A DNA stretch of 64,000 nucleotides from Patescibacteria group bacterium (GTDB lineage: Bacteria; Krumholzibacteriota; Krumholzibacteriia; Krumholzibacteriales; Krumholzibacteriaceae): the NCBI GenBank assembly GCA_035529435.1, contig DATKWS010000113.1, positions 13,001 through 77,000 of the forward strand, given 5' to 3'. The notes under the pieces were generated by a model that saw only the letters and a program-made list of their open reading frames with translations, made no database searches and was not told the DNA's origin. This document shows, in pieces, positions 18,806 to 28,553 of the stretch. Made by a program: the position numbers and the translations under genes. How positions within the stretch are numbered: position 1 is the stretch's first letter; the number at the start of each line of letters is the position of its first letter.

Positions 18806-19632
18806 TACCCCTCACCCCCCACCGCATGCCGTTCATCGGGGATGTCCGCACCGCCCGCATGAATCGTATTCATCGGACATACCCCGGCCACCAGGGCGGG
18901 AATCTCGGCCTCGTAATTCACCACGGCGAGGTTGTCCTCCATGACGATCGCCCCCTCGGGGGCCTCCTTGACGCAGCGCTGGCAGCCGATGCACCCCACC
19001 TGGCAGTACCTGCGGACTTTGCCCCCCTTGTCGTGAGACGAACAGAGGATGTGGACCGTCCTCTCGTAGGGGACCATCTTGATGATCCCCTTGGGACAGG
19101 CGCCGACACACGTGGTGCACCCCGTGCACTTCTCCGGATCGACGCGCGCGAGACCGCTCGGCAGCATTTCGATCGCACCGAAGGGGCAGATACCGGCGCA
19201 GGTCCTGAGTCCGAGGCACCCGTACGAACACGCCTTGTCTCCGCCGAACAGCATCGCCGCAGAGGTGCAATCGTACACTCCATTGTAAAAAAATCGCTTC
19301 CGGGCGACCTGGTCGTCGCCGTTGCAGAGAACGAGCGCAACCTTCCGCACACCGCCCCCCTCGTACTCGATACCCATGATGCGTGCCACCTGCTGCGCGA
19401 CGGCCCCGCCGCCGACCGGGCAGGCGTCGACCCCGGCCTTTCCCTCGGCGATGCGGCGTGCCAGCTCCGAACAGCCGGGAAACCCGCATGCGCCGCAATT
19501 GGCGCCGGGAAGCGCCTCCTCGATCTCTTCAACCTTGGGATCGACCTTGACCGCGAAGGCGCGGGCCGCCAGCGCGAGCCCGAAGCCGGCGATGAGCGCG
19601 AGACCGGCGAGTGCGATGATGGCGGTCAGCAT
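18805..19632 (-). CDS. rnfB: Rnf complex subunit B (Fe-S)
   Basis: N-terminal TM helix, then CGACGFPGC cluster and several 4Fe-4S ferredoxin CxxCxxCxxxCP motifs. Confidence 0.85.
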   Translation of the reverse strand: MLTAIIALAGLALIAGFGLALAARAFAVKVDPKVEEIEEALPGANCGACGFPGCSELARRIAEGKAGVDACPVGGGAVAQQVARIMGIEYEGGGVRKVALVLCNGDDQVARKRFFYNGVYDCTSAAMLFGGDKACSYGCLGLRTCAGICPFGAIEMLPSGLARVDPEKCTGCTTCVGACPKGIIKMVPYERTVHILCSSHDKGGKVRRYCQVGCIGCQRCVKEAPEGAIVMEDNLAVVNYEAEIPALVAGVCPMNTIHAGGADIPDERHAVGGEG

Positions 19633-19648
19633 GGTGCAGGCATTCCTC

Positions 19649-20230
19649 TCAGATCTTCACGAGTCCCGTGAATCCCATAAATGCGAGGGACAGGAGCCCG
19701 GCCGTGATCAGGGCGATCGCGGTGCCGCGAAACGGCAGCGGCGTATCGCACAGATCGATCCGCTCCCTGAGTCCCGAGAACAGGATCATTGCAAGTCCGA
19801 ATCCGACCGCCGCCCCGAAACCGAACACCGTCGTCTCGAGCAGCGAGTACTCCTTCTGTATATTCAGCACCGCCACACCGAGCACGGCGCAATTCGTCGT
19901 TATGAGGGGAAGGTAGATCCCGAGCGCCTTGTAGAGGGCCGGGCTCAATTTCTGGAGCGCGAGCTCGACGAGCTGCACGAGACTCGCGATGACGAGGATG
20001 AATGTCACGGTCTGCAGGTAGACGAGATTGAAGGGGGCAAGGACGAACCGGTAGATCAGCCACGTGGCGACCGACGCCATCGTCATGACGAACACCACCG
20101 CGCCGCTCATTCCCGCCGCCGTCTGGAACCGGCGGGATACGCCGAGAAACGGGCAGAGTCCGAGGAATCGCAGCAAGACGTAGTTATTGACCAGAACGGC
20201 GCTGATAATGATGAGGAGAAGTTTTACCAC
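19649..20230 (-). CDS. rnfA: Rnf complex subunit A
   Basis: 193-aa polytopic protein of the RnfA/NqrE family ([29 protein letters not shown]). First gene of the operon. Confidence 0.85.
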   Translation of the reverse strand: MVKLLLIIISAVLVNNYVLLRFLGLCPFLGVSRRFQTAAGMSGAVVFVMTMASVATWLIYRFVLAPFNLVYLQTVTFILVIASLVQLVELALQKLSPALYKALGIYLPLITTNCAVLGVAVLNIQKEYSLLETTVFGFGAAVGFGLAMILFSGLRERIDLCDTPLPFRGTAIALITAGLLSLAFMGFTGLVKI

Positions 20231-20481
20231 AGGTCCTCGCCCGGTTATCTATCCATCATGCGGTCAATCTCTTCCGCACCGGCCGGTAATGGGAAAAATC
20301 GGGGGAAATGTACTACGGGCCCTGAAAAAAATCAAGCTCATTCCCCGGATAGAGGGGATTCTCTTTCAGATTCGCGGTCCGGCGGCCCGGTGGAATGCGG
20401 TCATTGTGCGCTACGGCTCTCCCGGGGGAGCACCTCCGTCCCGCCGGCGTTCCGGCACACACGCAAGAAAAGGCTTGGCCG

Positions 20482-20510
20482 TTGACTTGATTGATGGTAT
20501 CTATTACATT
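20482..20510 (+). promoter_or_regulatory. sigma70-like promoter candidate (TTGACT-N17-TACATT) upstream of the FemAB-like gene
   Basis: TTGACT at 20482-20487, a 17-nt spacer, then TACATT at 20505-20510. Located in the divergent intergenic region between rnfA and the 20526 gene. Confidence 0.3.
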
Positions 20511-20525
20511 CGCACTGGGTAGTTT

Positions 20526-21539
20526 GTGATGAACCATGATTCTCTTCCCATAACCGTAGAGGCGCAGCCGACCGAATATATGGATTGCACGGTACTCGAT
20601 TATCAGTCTCTCGACAAGCCGGCCTGGGAGAAACTCTCGCGGAACGGCTCGTTTTTTCATACCCACCAGTGGATGAGGATCTGCATCGATGGTCTCTCAC
20701 CCGGCGTCGAAGGCATCTTCCTGTGCGGATTTGAAAACGGCGTTCTCGTGGCCGGCATGCCGGCGATCGTCACGAAGCGTTTCGGGCTGCGCTCATTCTA
20801 CGCCATGCCGTTCGGCACATACGGCGAAGCGGTATTCGATCCCTCGCTCGGCGCCGACCGGCGCACGGATTTTTACCGCTATCTCCTCGATTACCTGCGG
20901 GAGCACAGATTCTCGAGAATCGCAATCACCGACTTCGACGGTACCCTCGACGGCCTTGCCACATCGCCACTCAGGCGGGAGCGGTGTTTCACGCACATCA
21001 TCAGCCTCAACGGAAACGAGGAGCACAATCCGCCCGACAAGAAGGTCAACGGGCACATACGCGCCGGCCAGCGGGCGGAAACCGACATCCAGCGCCTCAC
21101 GAGCCGCGAACAGCTCGACGAGTTTTTCGCACTCTACGAACTGACCGAGGGACGCCACGGCCGCAGGAGACCGCTCTACAGCAAGGAATTCTTCGCGGGC
21201 ATCCTGCGGTACCTCGGGGATTCCGATACGCTCTACTGGAATTGCCTGATCTCGGAAGGCGCGATGATCGGTTCCTGTATCAACTTCATCTTCAACCGGT
21301 CCCTCTTCAACTGGCAGACGGTATCGGACTACAAGAGCCGGCACCTGAAACCGAACCACGTACTGCTCGCCGATGCGATCCAGCGGGGAGTGGAAGCGGG
21401 GGTGAAGCAGGTGAACCTCGGTGCATCGCCCCACGACGCGCAGGGACTGATCGATTACAAGGAACGCTGGGGGGGCGTCCGTGTCGATTACGACTGCTAC
21501 TACTTCGATTCCTGGATACGCCGCCTGGTGAAGCGCTAG
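20526..21539 (+). CDS. FemAB-like / GNAT-fold acyltransferase (peptidoglycan interpeptide bridge family-like)
   Basis: 337 aa. Overall pattern HTHQWMRICIDGLS ... NWQTVSDY ... KERWGG is typical of FemAB/Acetyltransf_6-type proteins. Called by family pattern recall only. Confidence 0.55.
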   Translation: MMNHDSLPITVEAQPTEYMDCTVLDYQSLDKPAWEKLSRNGSFFHTHQWMRICIDGLSPGVEGIFLCGFENGVLVAGMPAIVTKRFGLRSFYAMPFGTYGEAVFDPSLGADRRTDFYRYLLDYLREHRFSRIAITDFDGTLDGLATSPLRRERCFTHIISLNGNEEHNPPDKKVNGHIRAGQRAETDIQRLTSREQLDEFFALYELTEGRHGRRRPLYSKEFFAGILRYLGDSDTLYWNCLISEGAMIGSCINFIFNRSLFNWQTVSDYKSRHLKPNHVLLADAIQRGVEAGVKQVNLGASPHDAQGLIDYKERWGGVRVDYDCYYFDSWIRRLVKR

Positions 21540-21546
21540 CACCCAC

Positions 21547-22449
21547 TCACAATCCACGCATCCATTCGTTTCGGAGAAATTGCTCCGGTCTCTCCAGCGC
21601 CAGCGCGACCTCCGCGAGGAGCCGTTCCCTGTCCTTCATGAGGGTCCCCGCCAGGGCAAGATAATTGGAGGCATGGTTGCTCCGGAAGATGCACCGCTCC
21701 GTCTCGAGGCCCTCGATCATCCGGCCGAGCTCCCTGCAGTTGTCGAACGGCGTGCTGAACGAGAAATGCGGCGGCATTGCGCGCGCGTATCGCTCCCCGT
21801 GCGGGCCGGGCATCAGCGTCAGCGCCGAGAGATAGCGGGGCTGGATGCCGTTCACGAGGCGGGCCGTCGCTGCGGCGTGGCGCTCCAGTCCGCCCCTGCC
21901 GGCGAGTCCCAGAATCACGGTGACGGAGAGCTTCATCCCCGCCTCGTGCGCCCGCCGGCACCCCTCGATCATCTCCGCGGGGGTGGCCCCCTTGCCGATC
22001 CGCGCGAGGAGATCGGGATCTCCCGTTTCGACTCCGTAGTAGAGAATCGAGAGCCCCTTCTCACGGAGCCCGCGCAATCCGGCCGCCGTCTTCGAGAGGA
22101 GGTTCTGCGGCGTCGCGTACGCGGCGACCCTCTGCAGGCGGGGGAACGATTGACCGATATATTCGAGAATACGTTCGAGTTTTTCGACCGAAAGCACGAG
22201 CGCATCCCCATCGGCGAGAAAGATCCGCCGCGTATCGGGCCGGAGCCGCGCGGCCGCGTCTATATCGGCCCGCAGCTCGTCCCACGGTTTTGTCCTGAAA
22301 CGCTTCCCCTTGTACATGTAGCAGAAGCGGCACCCGTTGTGGGAGCAGCCGATCGTCGCCTGGAGTATCAGTGAACGCGCCTCGCTGGGCGGACGGTAGA
22401 CCGGTTCGTCGTAGTGCAGCATCGTTTCGATTCCATTCCGGCGTTCCAC
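21547..22449 (-). CDS. radical SAM domain protein (unusual Cx4Cx2C motif)
   Basis: 300 aa. N-terminal GCSHNGCRFCY Cys triad. Glycine-rich SAM-binding stretch ILYYGVETGDPDLL. Partial TIM-barrel radical SAM layout. Confidence 0.65.
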   Translation of the reverse strand: MERRNGIETMLHYDEPVYRPPSEARSLILQATIGCSHNGCRFCYMYKGKRFRTKPWDELRADIDAAARLRPDTRRIFLADGDALVLSVEKLERILEYIGQSFPRLQRVAAYATPQNLLSKTAAGLRGLREKGLSILYYGVETGDPDLLARIGKGATPAEMIEGCRRAHEAGMKLSVTVILGLAGRGGLERHAAATARLVNGIQPRYLSALTLMPGPHGERYARAMPPHFSFSTPFDNCRELGRMIEGLETERCIFRSNHASNYLALAGTLMKDRERLLAEVALALERPEQFLRNEWMRGL

Positions 22450-22816
22450 GAATGACGCTCGTGATTCCCTCCACGCGGACGGTGAGAAAACAGCCGGTGA
22501 TTATTCCATCGTCCGATTCCCGTACACGCGGTTCATTATAATCGCGTCGCTTACGCATGACAACAACGAAGTTCTTTATTTGTATACGGATGCGGGCGTC
22601 CGCCGATTACCATGCTATTGCACCGCGCCATATTCCGGATAGATCATAATTATTTATATATACAGGCCCGATACCGGTTAACCGAGATAATTTATAATAA
22701 ATCTTTGCACGGATCATGTTTTGATGGTATAGTTCCGACGAGATGTACTTCGTGTTCATGACACCGGTTTCTTCTCAATATGTATAGCATTCGACTTTAC
22801 GGGAAAGGAGCAGGAC

Positions 22817-23278
22817 ATGCAACGGATACAGAAAAACAGGATCGGGTATGCAGGCATGATACTCGTGCAATCCCTATTTCTGCGAGAGGGTATCACCTGC
22901 GAGACGGCCGAGGGGATCATCGATCTCGAAGTACAACTGACCAAGCCGAAACGGAAATTCGGGGTTCTCGTCGTCACCAATTTAAGGCCGAAGAAGGCGG
23001 GCGGCAAAGGCAAGGAGGCCCTCGACTGGTGGATACCGATCAAGAACGAGGCCGACTTTATCGTCTGTGTCGACCTCAGCACCCTGCGGGTGTGGATCTT
23101 CGGCGCGGCGGAGATGTCCAGGTTCGCGCAACAGCGTTCGAAGAACAAATTGCATTTCTACATGTACACCGATAACGCAGTCGCCCTTCGCGGTAAAAAG
23201 GCGTCGAAATTCGATTACGAATTCGAGAGTTACCGCCTCGAGAACAGAATTTACCGGGGAGTCTTCGACAGGAAGTAG
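22817..23278 (+). CDS. hypothetical protein (possible degenerate restriction-endonuclease-like fold)
   Basis: 153-aa ORF in a locally AT-rich patch with an AGGAGCAGG RBS before the ATG. N-terminal GYAGMILVQSLFLREG...AEGIIDLEV resembles the first half of Hjc/YraN-type PD-(D/E)xK folds. No clear ExK is present. Confidence 0.4.
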   Translation: MQRIQKNRIGYAGMILVQSLFLREGITCETAEGIIDLEVQLTKPKRKFGVLVVTNLRPKKAGGKGKEALDWWIPIKNEADFIVCVDLSTLRVWIFGAAEMSRFAQQRSKNKLHFYMYTDNAVALRGKKASKFDYEFESYRLENRIYRGVFDRK

Positions 23279-23346
23279 AGCGGGGTATCGTGCCGCTCCG
23301 GCGGCCGGTTCACCGGCGTGGTGTTCCTATCCGGCATGATACGATC

Positions 23347-24330
23347 ATGGCGTTCCGTAATCGATTCGGTTGGTCATTTTCGCGCGAATCGATGTTCGAT
23401 GCGTGTATGCGCCGGTACTACCTCCACTACTACCTCAGCTGGAACGGCTGGAATGCCGGTGCACCCGCAGTCGCGCGGGAAGCATTCAAGCTGAAGCGCC
23501 TCGTCTCCCTCCCGCTCTGGCGCGGTCAACTCGTTCACTACATCGCCGGCAAGGTCCTGCAATCGATGAGGAGGAAGGGACGGATCCCCGACCTGCGGGA
23601 TGTCGTGAAATACATGAACGAGCGCTTTCAGCACCAGCTCGCCTTCTCGGAATCCAGGCGATACCTCACGGAACCGAAAAAGCGTGGAGGCAAGCTCAAT
23701 ATAGACTGGCTTGCCCTGTTCGAACACGAGTACGGAAGAATTCTCGATCCGGGGCTCATCGAGCGGGCGCGCACGGAGTGCGTGCAGGCGATCGAGGGGT
23801 TGTTCCAGAGTCCCATGCTCCGGCGAGCCGCGGAGACCGACAGCAGCCGCTGGGTCGTCGAGGATCTCGATCACGCGGAGTTCTCGCAGAGCTTCTCGTT
23901 CGACGGCGTCACCGTCTATATAAAAACCGATTTTCTCTTCCGGGATAACGACGGTACGCTCTGCATCGTCGACTGGAAGACGAACCGTGGTTCCCGCCCG
24001 GGGGACGGCGCCGAACACAAGGAGCCGGATGCGGCGGTTCAGCTCGGCGTGTACGGGTACTATGCGGCGACGGTGCTCTCGGTGCCGGCGGACATGATCA
24101 GGCTCTACGAGGTCAACCTGCTGCGCGGCGGGACCGTTACCGAGCACGCCGTCCGTGAGGAGATGATCGAACGTTTCAGGACCCATATCGCGGGTGGAAT
24201 CGCGAAGCTCTCGTCGGTACTCGTTGGCGGCGACCGTGAGCGGAATGAACCGACGGCGGCCGATCACTTCCCGGCGATCGTCAACGGAAGATGCAACACC
24301 TGCAACTTTCTCCGCATATGCAAGGACTGA
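23347..24330 (+). CDS. Cas4/RecB-like PD-(D/E)xK nuclease with 4Fe-4S cluster Cys ligands
   Basis: N-terminal Cys (FDACMRRYY). Catalytic IVDWKTN (D...K) block. C-terminal CNTCNFLRIC (Cx2Cx5C). Together these make the classic Cas4/AddB-type Cys arrangement. Start moved to the ATG at 23347 (MAFRNRFGW). Confidence 0.65.
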   Translation: MAFRNRFGWSFSRESMFDACMRRYYLHYYLSWNGWNAGAPAVAREAFKLKRLVSLPLWRGQLVHYIAGKVLQSMRRKGRIPDLRDVVKYMNERFQHQLAFSESRRYLTEPKKRGGKLNIDWLALFEHEYGRILDPGLIERARTECVQAIEGLFQSPMLRRAAETDSSRWVVEDLDHAEFSQSFSFDGVTVYIKTDFLFRDNDGTLCIVDWKTNRGSRPGDGAEHKEPDAAVQLGVYGYYAATVLSVPADMIRLYEVNLLRGGTVTEHAVREEMIERFRTHIAGGIAKLSSVLVGGDRERNEPTAADHFPAIVNGRCNTCNFLRICKD

Positions 24331-24350
24331 ACCGGTAGGTCCCCCACGAT

Positions 24351-25526
24351 TCAACGGGGTGATAGATCACCGACGATCCGCCGGTACAGCGCCGTATTCG
24401 TGATTCCCTCGGTCGAGATCGCGAGGATCACGCTCGATCGATCGAGCCCGAGCGCCTCGCGCACGCCCTCTCCATTCTTGCTCGAGCACAGCTCCATGAG
24501 CGCGGCGACACCCGCAGCGCCCGACTCGCCCGAGGTGACGCCGCTCGCGGCGAGGTACCGCAGCGCTTCGAAGCAGCGCTCATCGCCGATCGTGACGAAC
24601 GCATCGATTCCACGGTCGATGTACGGCCACGCGATGCTCGAGAGCGTCCCGCAGTTGAGACCGGCCATGTGCGACCGGTGCGGCCCGGGTACGGTGACGG
24701 GATGTCCGGCCCGTATCGAGGCGAACGCGCACGCCGCACCCTCCGGCTCCACTCCGGCGATCCGGGGCCGCGAGCGTCTCTTCCCCGCCCGGTAGAAACG
24801 AACGGCCGATGCGGCGAGAGAGCCGACGCCGATCTGGATGATGACGAGATCGGGATCGGGCGCCCCGAGCGCGGCACGCTGTTCCTCGATCTCCCAGAAC
24901 AGTGTCCAGTACCCCTCGACGATCCACGAGGGAATCGTCTCGTATCCGGCCCACGCGGTATCCTGGATCAGCCACGACCCGGAATCGCCGCCGCGGGTGG
25001 AGGCCCCGGCGGCGGCAGCCACTGCCGCATCGTAGTCGCCGTCGATGACGGTCACCACTGCTCCCTCGGACTCGATCGCCCCGATCCGTTCGACGATCGT
25101 TGCCGCCGGCATGAAAACGCGCGCGCCGAATCCGAACCACGCGGCGACCCGTGCGACCGCCCTCCCGTGGTTGCCGTCCGTGGCGGTGACCAGCGTGATG
25201 CGGCCGAGGGCACGAAGGCGTTCGCGCAACGTCGAAAGGGTATCCCATCCGCCGACGAGACCGGGGGCACGTTCCGCTATCGCCCGGTAGACGCCCCAGG
25301 AGGCGCCGAGGATCTTGAACGCGGGAAGACCGAGCCGCTCCGATTCGTCCTTGATCCATACCCGCCCGACGCCGAAACGCCGCGCCGCGGACTCACCGAG
25401 ATCCACCAGCGGTGTCGCACGGTACGCAGGGAGCTTTCGGTGAAACACGAGGGGAGCATCGGTCGCCCCCTCCCCCCCCACATCAAGAACCGCCCGTTTG
25501 TTGTATATCGTGACACCCATCTCCAT
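24351..25526 (-). CDS. dpaL: diaminopropionate ammonia-lyase (PLP-dependent)
   Basis: Blocks KDESERLGLPAFKILGASWG, TATDGNHGRAVA, QDTAWAGYETIPSWIVEGY and ISTEG align with E. coli YgeX/DpaL. Start placed at the internal Met (MEMGV...), giving a 58-aa shorter product than the track ORF. Confidence 0.8.
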   Translation of the reverse strand: MEMGVTIYNKRAVLDVGGEGATDAPLVFHRKLPAYRATPLVDLGESAARRFGVGRVWIKDESERLGLPAFKILGASWGVYRAIAERAPGLVGGWDTLSTLRERLRALGRITLVTATDGNHGRAVARVAAWFGFGARVFMPAATIVERIGAIESEGAVVTVIDGDYDAAVAAAAGASTRGGDSGSWLIQDTAWAGYETIPSWIVEGYWTLFWEIEEQRAALGAPDPDLVIIQIGVGSLAASAVRFYRAGKRRSRPRIAGVEPEGAACAFASIRAGHPVTVPGPHRSHMAGLNCGTLSSIAWPYIDRGIDAFVTIGDERCFEALRYLAASGVTSGESGAAGVAALMELCSSKNGEGVREALGLDRSSVILAISTEGITNTALYRRIVGDLSPR

Positions 25527-25783
25527 CACGCGGAGCGCCCGGCTCCATTCTCCTCCCGTCTCCGCCTCCAGCGGCCGCAGTGCTGATCGCGGCCGCACAC
25601 GATCGGAAGTCCGCGCTCCTTTCGCGGCGCCGACCGCATGCACCGGCATCATACCGGACCGTCGCGGCGGGCGGGGAGTGAAATCTTCCCGTGTCGCCAT
25701 TTTCCCCTGGCAATGAGGCGGGATCGGGCGGATACTACGGGAAAACGACGCGCGTGACCATGCTCGACGGAGAGGGAGGCGGT

Positions 25784-28330
25784 ATGAAGAACGGCGATCT
25801 ATTCAAGAAATGGGGAATATTCCACAAGGGCACCGATTCCCGCAGCATCATGTACGACTTCGCCAACCATCTCGAGTATTCTCTCTCGAAGGATAAGTAC
25901 ACCGCCACGATGCGCGACATGTTCCATTCGCTCGCCCTCACGGCGCGCGATCGTATAATCGAGCAATGGATACGCACGCAGCAGTCATACTACGACCAGG
26001 ACGTCAAGCGCGTCTACTACCTCTCCGCCGAGTACCTCATGGGGCGGGCCCTCATCAACAACCTGATCAATCTCGAGATGTACGATGAGGCACGCACGGC
26101 GATGAAGAATCTCCACCTCGACCTCGACGATCTCGTCGAACAGGAACCGGACGCCGGGCTCGGGAACGGCGGGCTGGGGCGGCTCGCCGCGTGCTTTCTC
26201 GACTCGCTGGCGGCCCTCGAGATACCCGCCTACGGCTACGGGATCAGGTACGAGTTCGGTATCTTCGAGCAGGCGATCCGGGATCTCGGCCAGGTCGAGC
26301 TTCCCGATGCCTGGCTGAAGTACGGAAATCCATGGGAGATCGAACGGCCCGAGTACAGTTTCACCGTCAAGTTCTACGGGAGGACGCACGATGCGGTGTG
26401 GCCGGACGGACGGCTCAAGGTCGAATGGGTCGACACGAGCGACGTCGTCGGCATCGCCTACGATACGCCGATCTGCGGGTACGACAACAAGACGGTCAAT
26501 ACGCTCCGGCTCTGGTCGTCACGCGCCTCGAAGGATTTCGATCTTACCTACTTCCAGCACGGCGACTACCTCAAGGCCGTCGAGGAGAAAAACCTCTCGG
26601 AGAATATCTCCAAGGTTCTCTACCCGAACGACAATAATTTCCTGGGCAAGGAGCTCCGGCTCAAGCAGCAATACTTCTTCGTATCCTGCTCGGTACAGGA
26701 TATCGTACGGCGGTACCTCGTCAAGCACCTCTCGTTCGACACGTTTCCCGAGAAGGCGGCCATCCAGCTCAACGACACCCACCCCTCGCTCGCCATAGTG
26801 GAACTGATGCGCATCCTCATGGACGAGCACCGCCTCGACTGGGGCGAGGCGTGGCACATCACGAAGCGGACATGCGCCTACACAAACCACACGATCCTTG
26901 CCGAGGCGCTCGAGGAGTGGCCCGTCGCGATGTTCGGCGCACTCCTGCCCCGCCACCTCCAGATCATCTACGAGATAAACCGCCGCTTTCTCCGGGATGT
27001 CTCGGTTCACTACGTCGGGGATACCGACCGGCTCCGCCGCATGTCGATCATCAAGGAGGACCCGGAGAAGAAGATCCGCATGTCGCACCTCGCCATCGTC
27101 GGTTCCCACGCGGTGAACGGCGTGTCGGAACTCCACACGCACCTCTTGAGGAGCAGGGTGTTTCGCGATTTCGAGGATATCGCTCCCGGGGTAATCCAGA
27201 ACATAACGAACGGCATCACACCCCGCCGGTGGCTCCTCGCGGCCAATCCGCGCCTCGCCGCGCTGATCACGGAGCGCATCGGCAAGCACTGGATCAAGGA
27301 CCTCGAGGAGCTCAGGCGGATCGAGCAATTCGCCGAGGAGGATGCGTTCCAATCCCGATTCCACGAGATCAAGCAAAGCAACAAGGAGGACCTCGCCGCC
27401 CTCACGAGGAATATCACGGGATTCGACATCGATCCGGCCACGATCTTCGATGTGCAGGTCAAGCGTATTCACGAATACAAACGGCAACTGCTCAACATCC
27501 TCCATGTCATCCACTGCTGGCTGCGCCTCAAGGAGGATCGAGAATTCGGCATGTATCCCTGCACCTTCATTTTCGGCGGCAAGACGGCGCCCGATTACTA
27601 TACGTCCAAGATGGTGATACGGCTGATCTGCCACGTTGCCGAGCTGATCAATCGCGATCCGGCGACCAACCAGACGATCAAGGTCGTTTTCCTTCCCAAC
27701 TATCGCGTCTCGCTGGCCGAAAAGGTGATCCCCGCCGCGGACATCGCCGAGCAGATCTCGACGGCTGGATTCGAGGCCTCGGGTACCGGTAACATGAAAT
27801 TCGCCCTGAACGGCGCGCTCACGATCGGCACCCTCGATGGCGCGAACCTCGAAATCATGGAGGAGGCCGGCTCCGATAACTTCTTCGCCTTCGGGCTGGC
27901 GCCCGAAGCGGTCGAAGAACTGCGCACATCATACGATCCACGCGTGTATCTCCGGAACGACCCCGTTCTCGTCCGCGCCGTCAGCCTCGTCCACGACGGT
28001 TTCTTCTCGCCCGAGGCGCCCGACCTGTTCCGTTCCCTCGCCGACTACCTCACGCAGAAAGATCCGTACTACGTTCTCGCCGATTTCGAGAGTTACCGGC
28101 ACTGCCGCGAGCGGGCGTACGCAACCTACCCGGACCGGCGCATCTGGACGCGGAAAGCGATTCTGAATGTCGCCCGGATGGGGAAGTTCTCCTCCGATCG
28201 CGCCGTTCTCGAGTACAACAAGCGGATCTGGCATGCGGAATCCCTTACCGTCAAACAGAAAATGCCGCGACGCAACGACCGGGCCACCGGGGTCAAGACG
28301 GCGTCCGGAACTCTCCACACGAGCGAGTGA
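25784..28330 (+). CDS. glgP: glycogen/alpha-glucan phosphorylase
   Basis: Conserved GYGIRYEFGIF, QLNDTHPSLAI and TNHTILAEALE motifs, plus the PLP-Lys region GTGNMKFALNGALTIGTLDGANLEI. Start chosen at the ATG at 25784 (MKNGDLF), with a GGAGAGGGAGG RBS. Confidence 0.85.
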   Translation: MKNGDLFKKWGIFHKGTDSRSIMYDFANHLEYSLSKDKYTATMRDMFHSLALTARDRIIEQWIRTQQSYYDQDVKRVYYLSAEYLMGRALINNLINLEMYDEARTAMKNLHLDLDDLVEQEPDAGLGNGGLGRLAACFLDSLAALEIPAYGYGIRYEFGIFEQAIRDLGQVELPDAWLKYGNPWEIERPEYSFTVKFYGRTHDAVWPDGRLKVEWVDTSDVVGIAYDTPICGYDNKTVNTLRLWSSRASKDFDLTYFQHGDYLKAVEEKNLSENISKVLYPNDNNFLGKELRLKQQYFFVSCSVQDIVRRYLVKHLSFDTFPEKAAIQLNDTHPSLAIVELMRILMDEHRLDWGEAWHITKRTCAYTNHTILAEALEEWPVAMFGALLPRHLQIIYEINRRFLRDVSVHYVGDTDRLRRMSIIKEDPEKKIRMSHLAIVGSHAVNGVSELHTHLLRSRVFRDFEDIAPGVIQNITNGITPRRWLLAANPRLAALITERIGKHWIKDLEELRRIEQFAEEDAFQSRFHEIKQSNKEDLAALTRNITGFDIDPATIFDVQVKRIHEYKRQLLNILHVIHCWLRLKEDREFGMYPCTFIFGGKTAPDYYTSKMVIRLICHVAELINRDPATNQTIKVVFLPNYRVSLAEKVIPAADIAEQISTAGFEASGTGNMKFALNGALTIGTLDGANLEIMEEAGSDNFFAFGLAPEAVEELRTSYDPRVYLRNDPVLVRAVSLVHDGFFSPEAPDLFRSLADYLTQKDPYYVLADFESYRHCRERAYATYPDRRIWTRKAILNVARMGKFSSDRAVLEYNKRIWHAESLTVKQKMPRRNDRATGVKTASGTLHTSE

Positions 28331-28353
28331 CCATCAGAAAATGTCATAATTTC

Positions 28354-28390
28354 TTGACAGGTGCCGTGCCCGTTGCCTTATTATCTAATC
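28354..28390 (+). promoter_or_regulatory. promoter candidate (TTGACA-N17/18-TTATTA) followed by ~160-nt structured leader
   Basis: TTGACA at 28354-28359. The leader contains a 9-bp stem (ACGGCACAC / GTGTGCCGT) at about 28417-28488. Confidence 0.25.
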
Positions 28391-28553
28391 TAACTTTCAC
28401 AACTCAAATGTCATGCAGAAGTCCGACGGCACACTTCACGTTGGAAAGGGGGTTCAGAAGAACGGTTGTTTGCATACGCAGCCGGTGTGCCGTTCCATGC
28501 GAACACCAGAGAAGCAGTACCGGAAAGAATGCTCACCGGGAGGAGGGTGGTGC

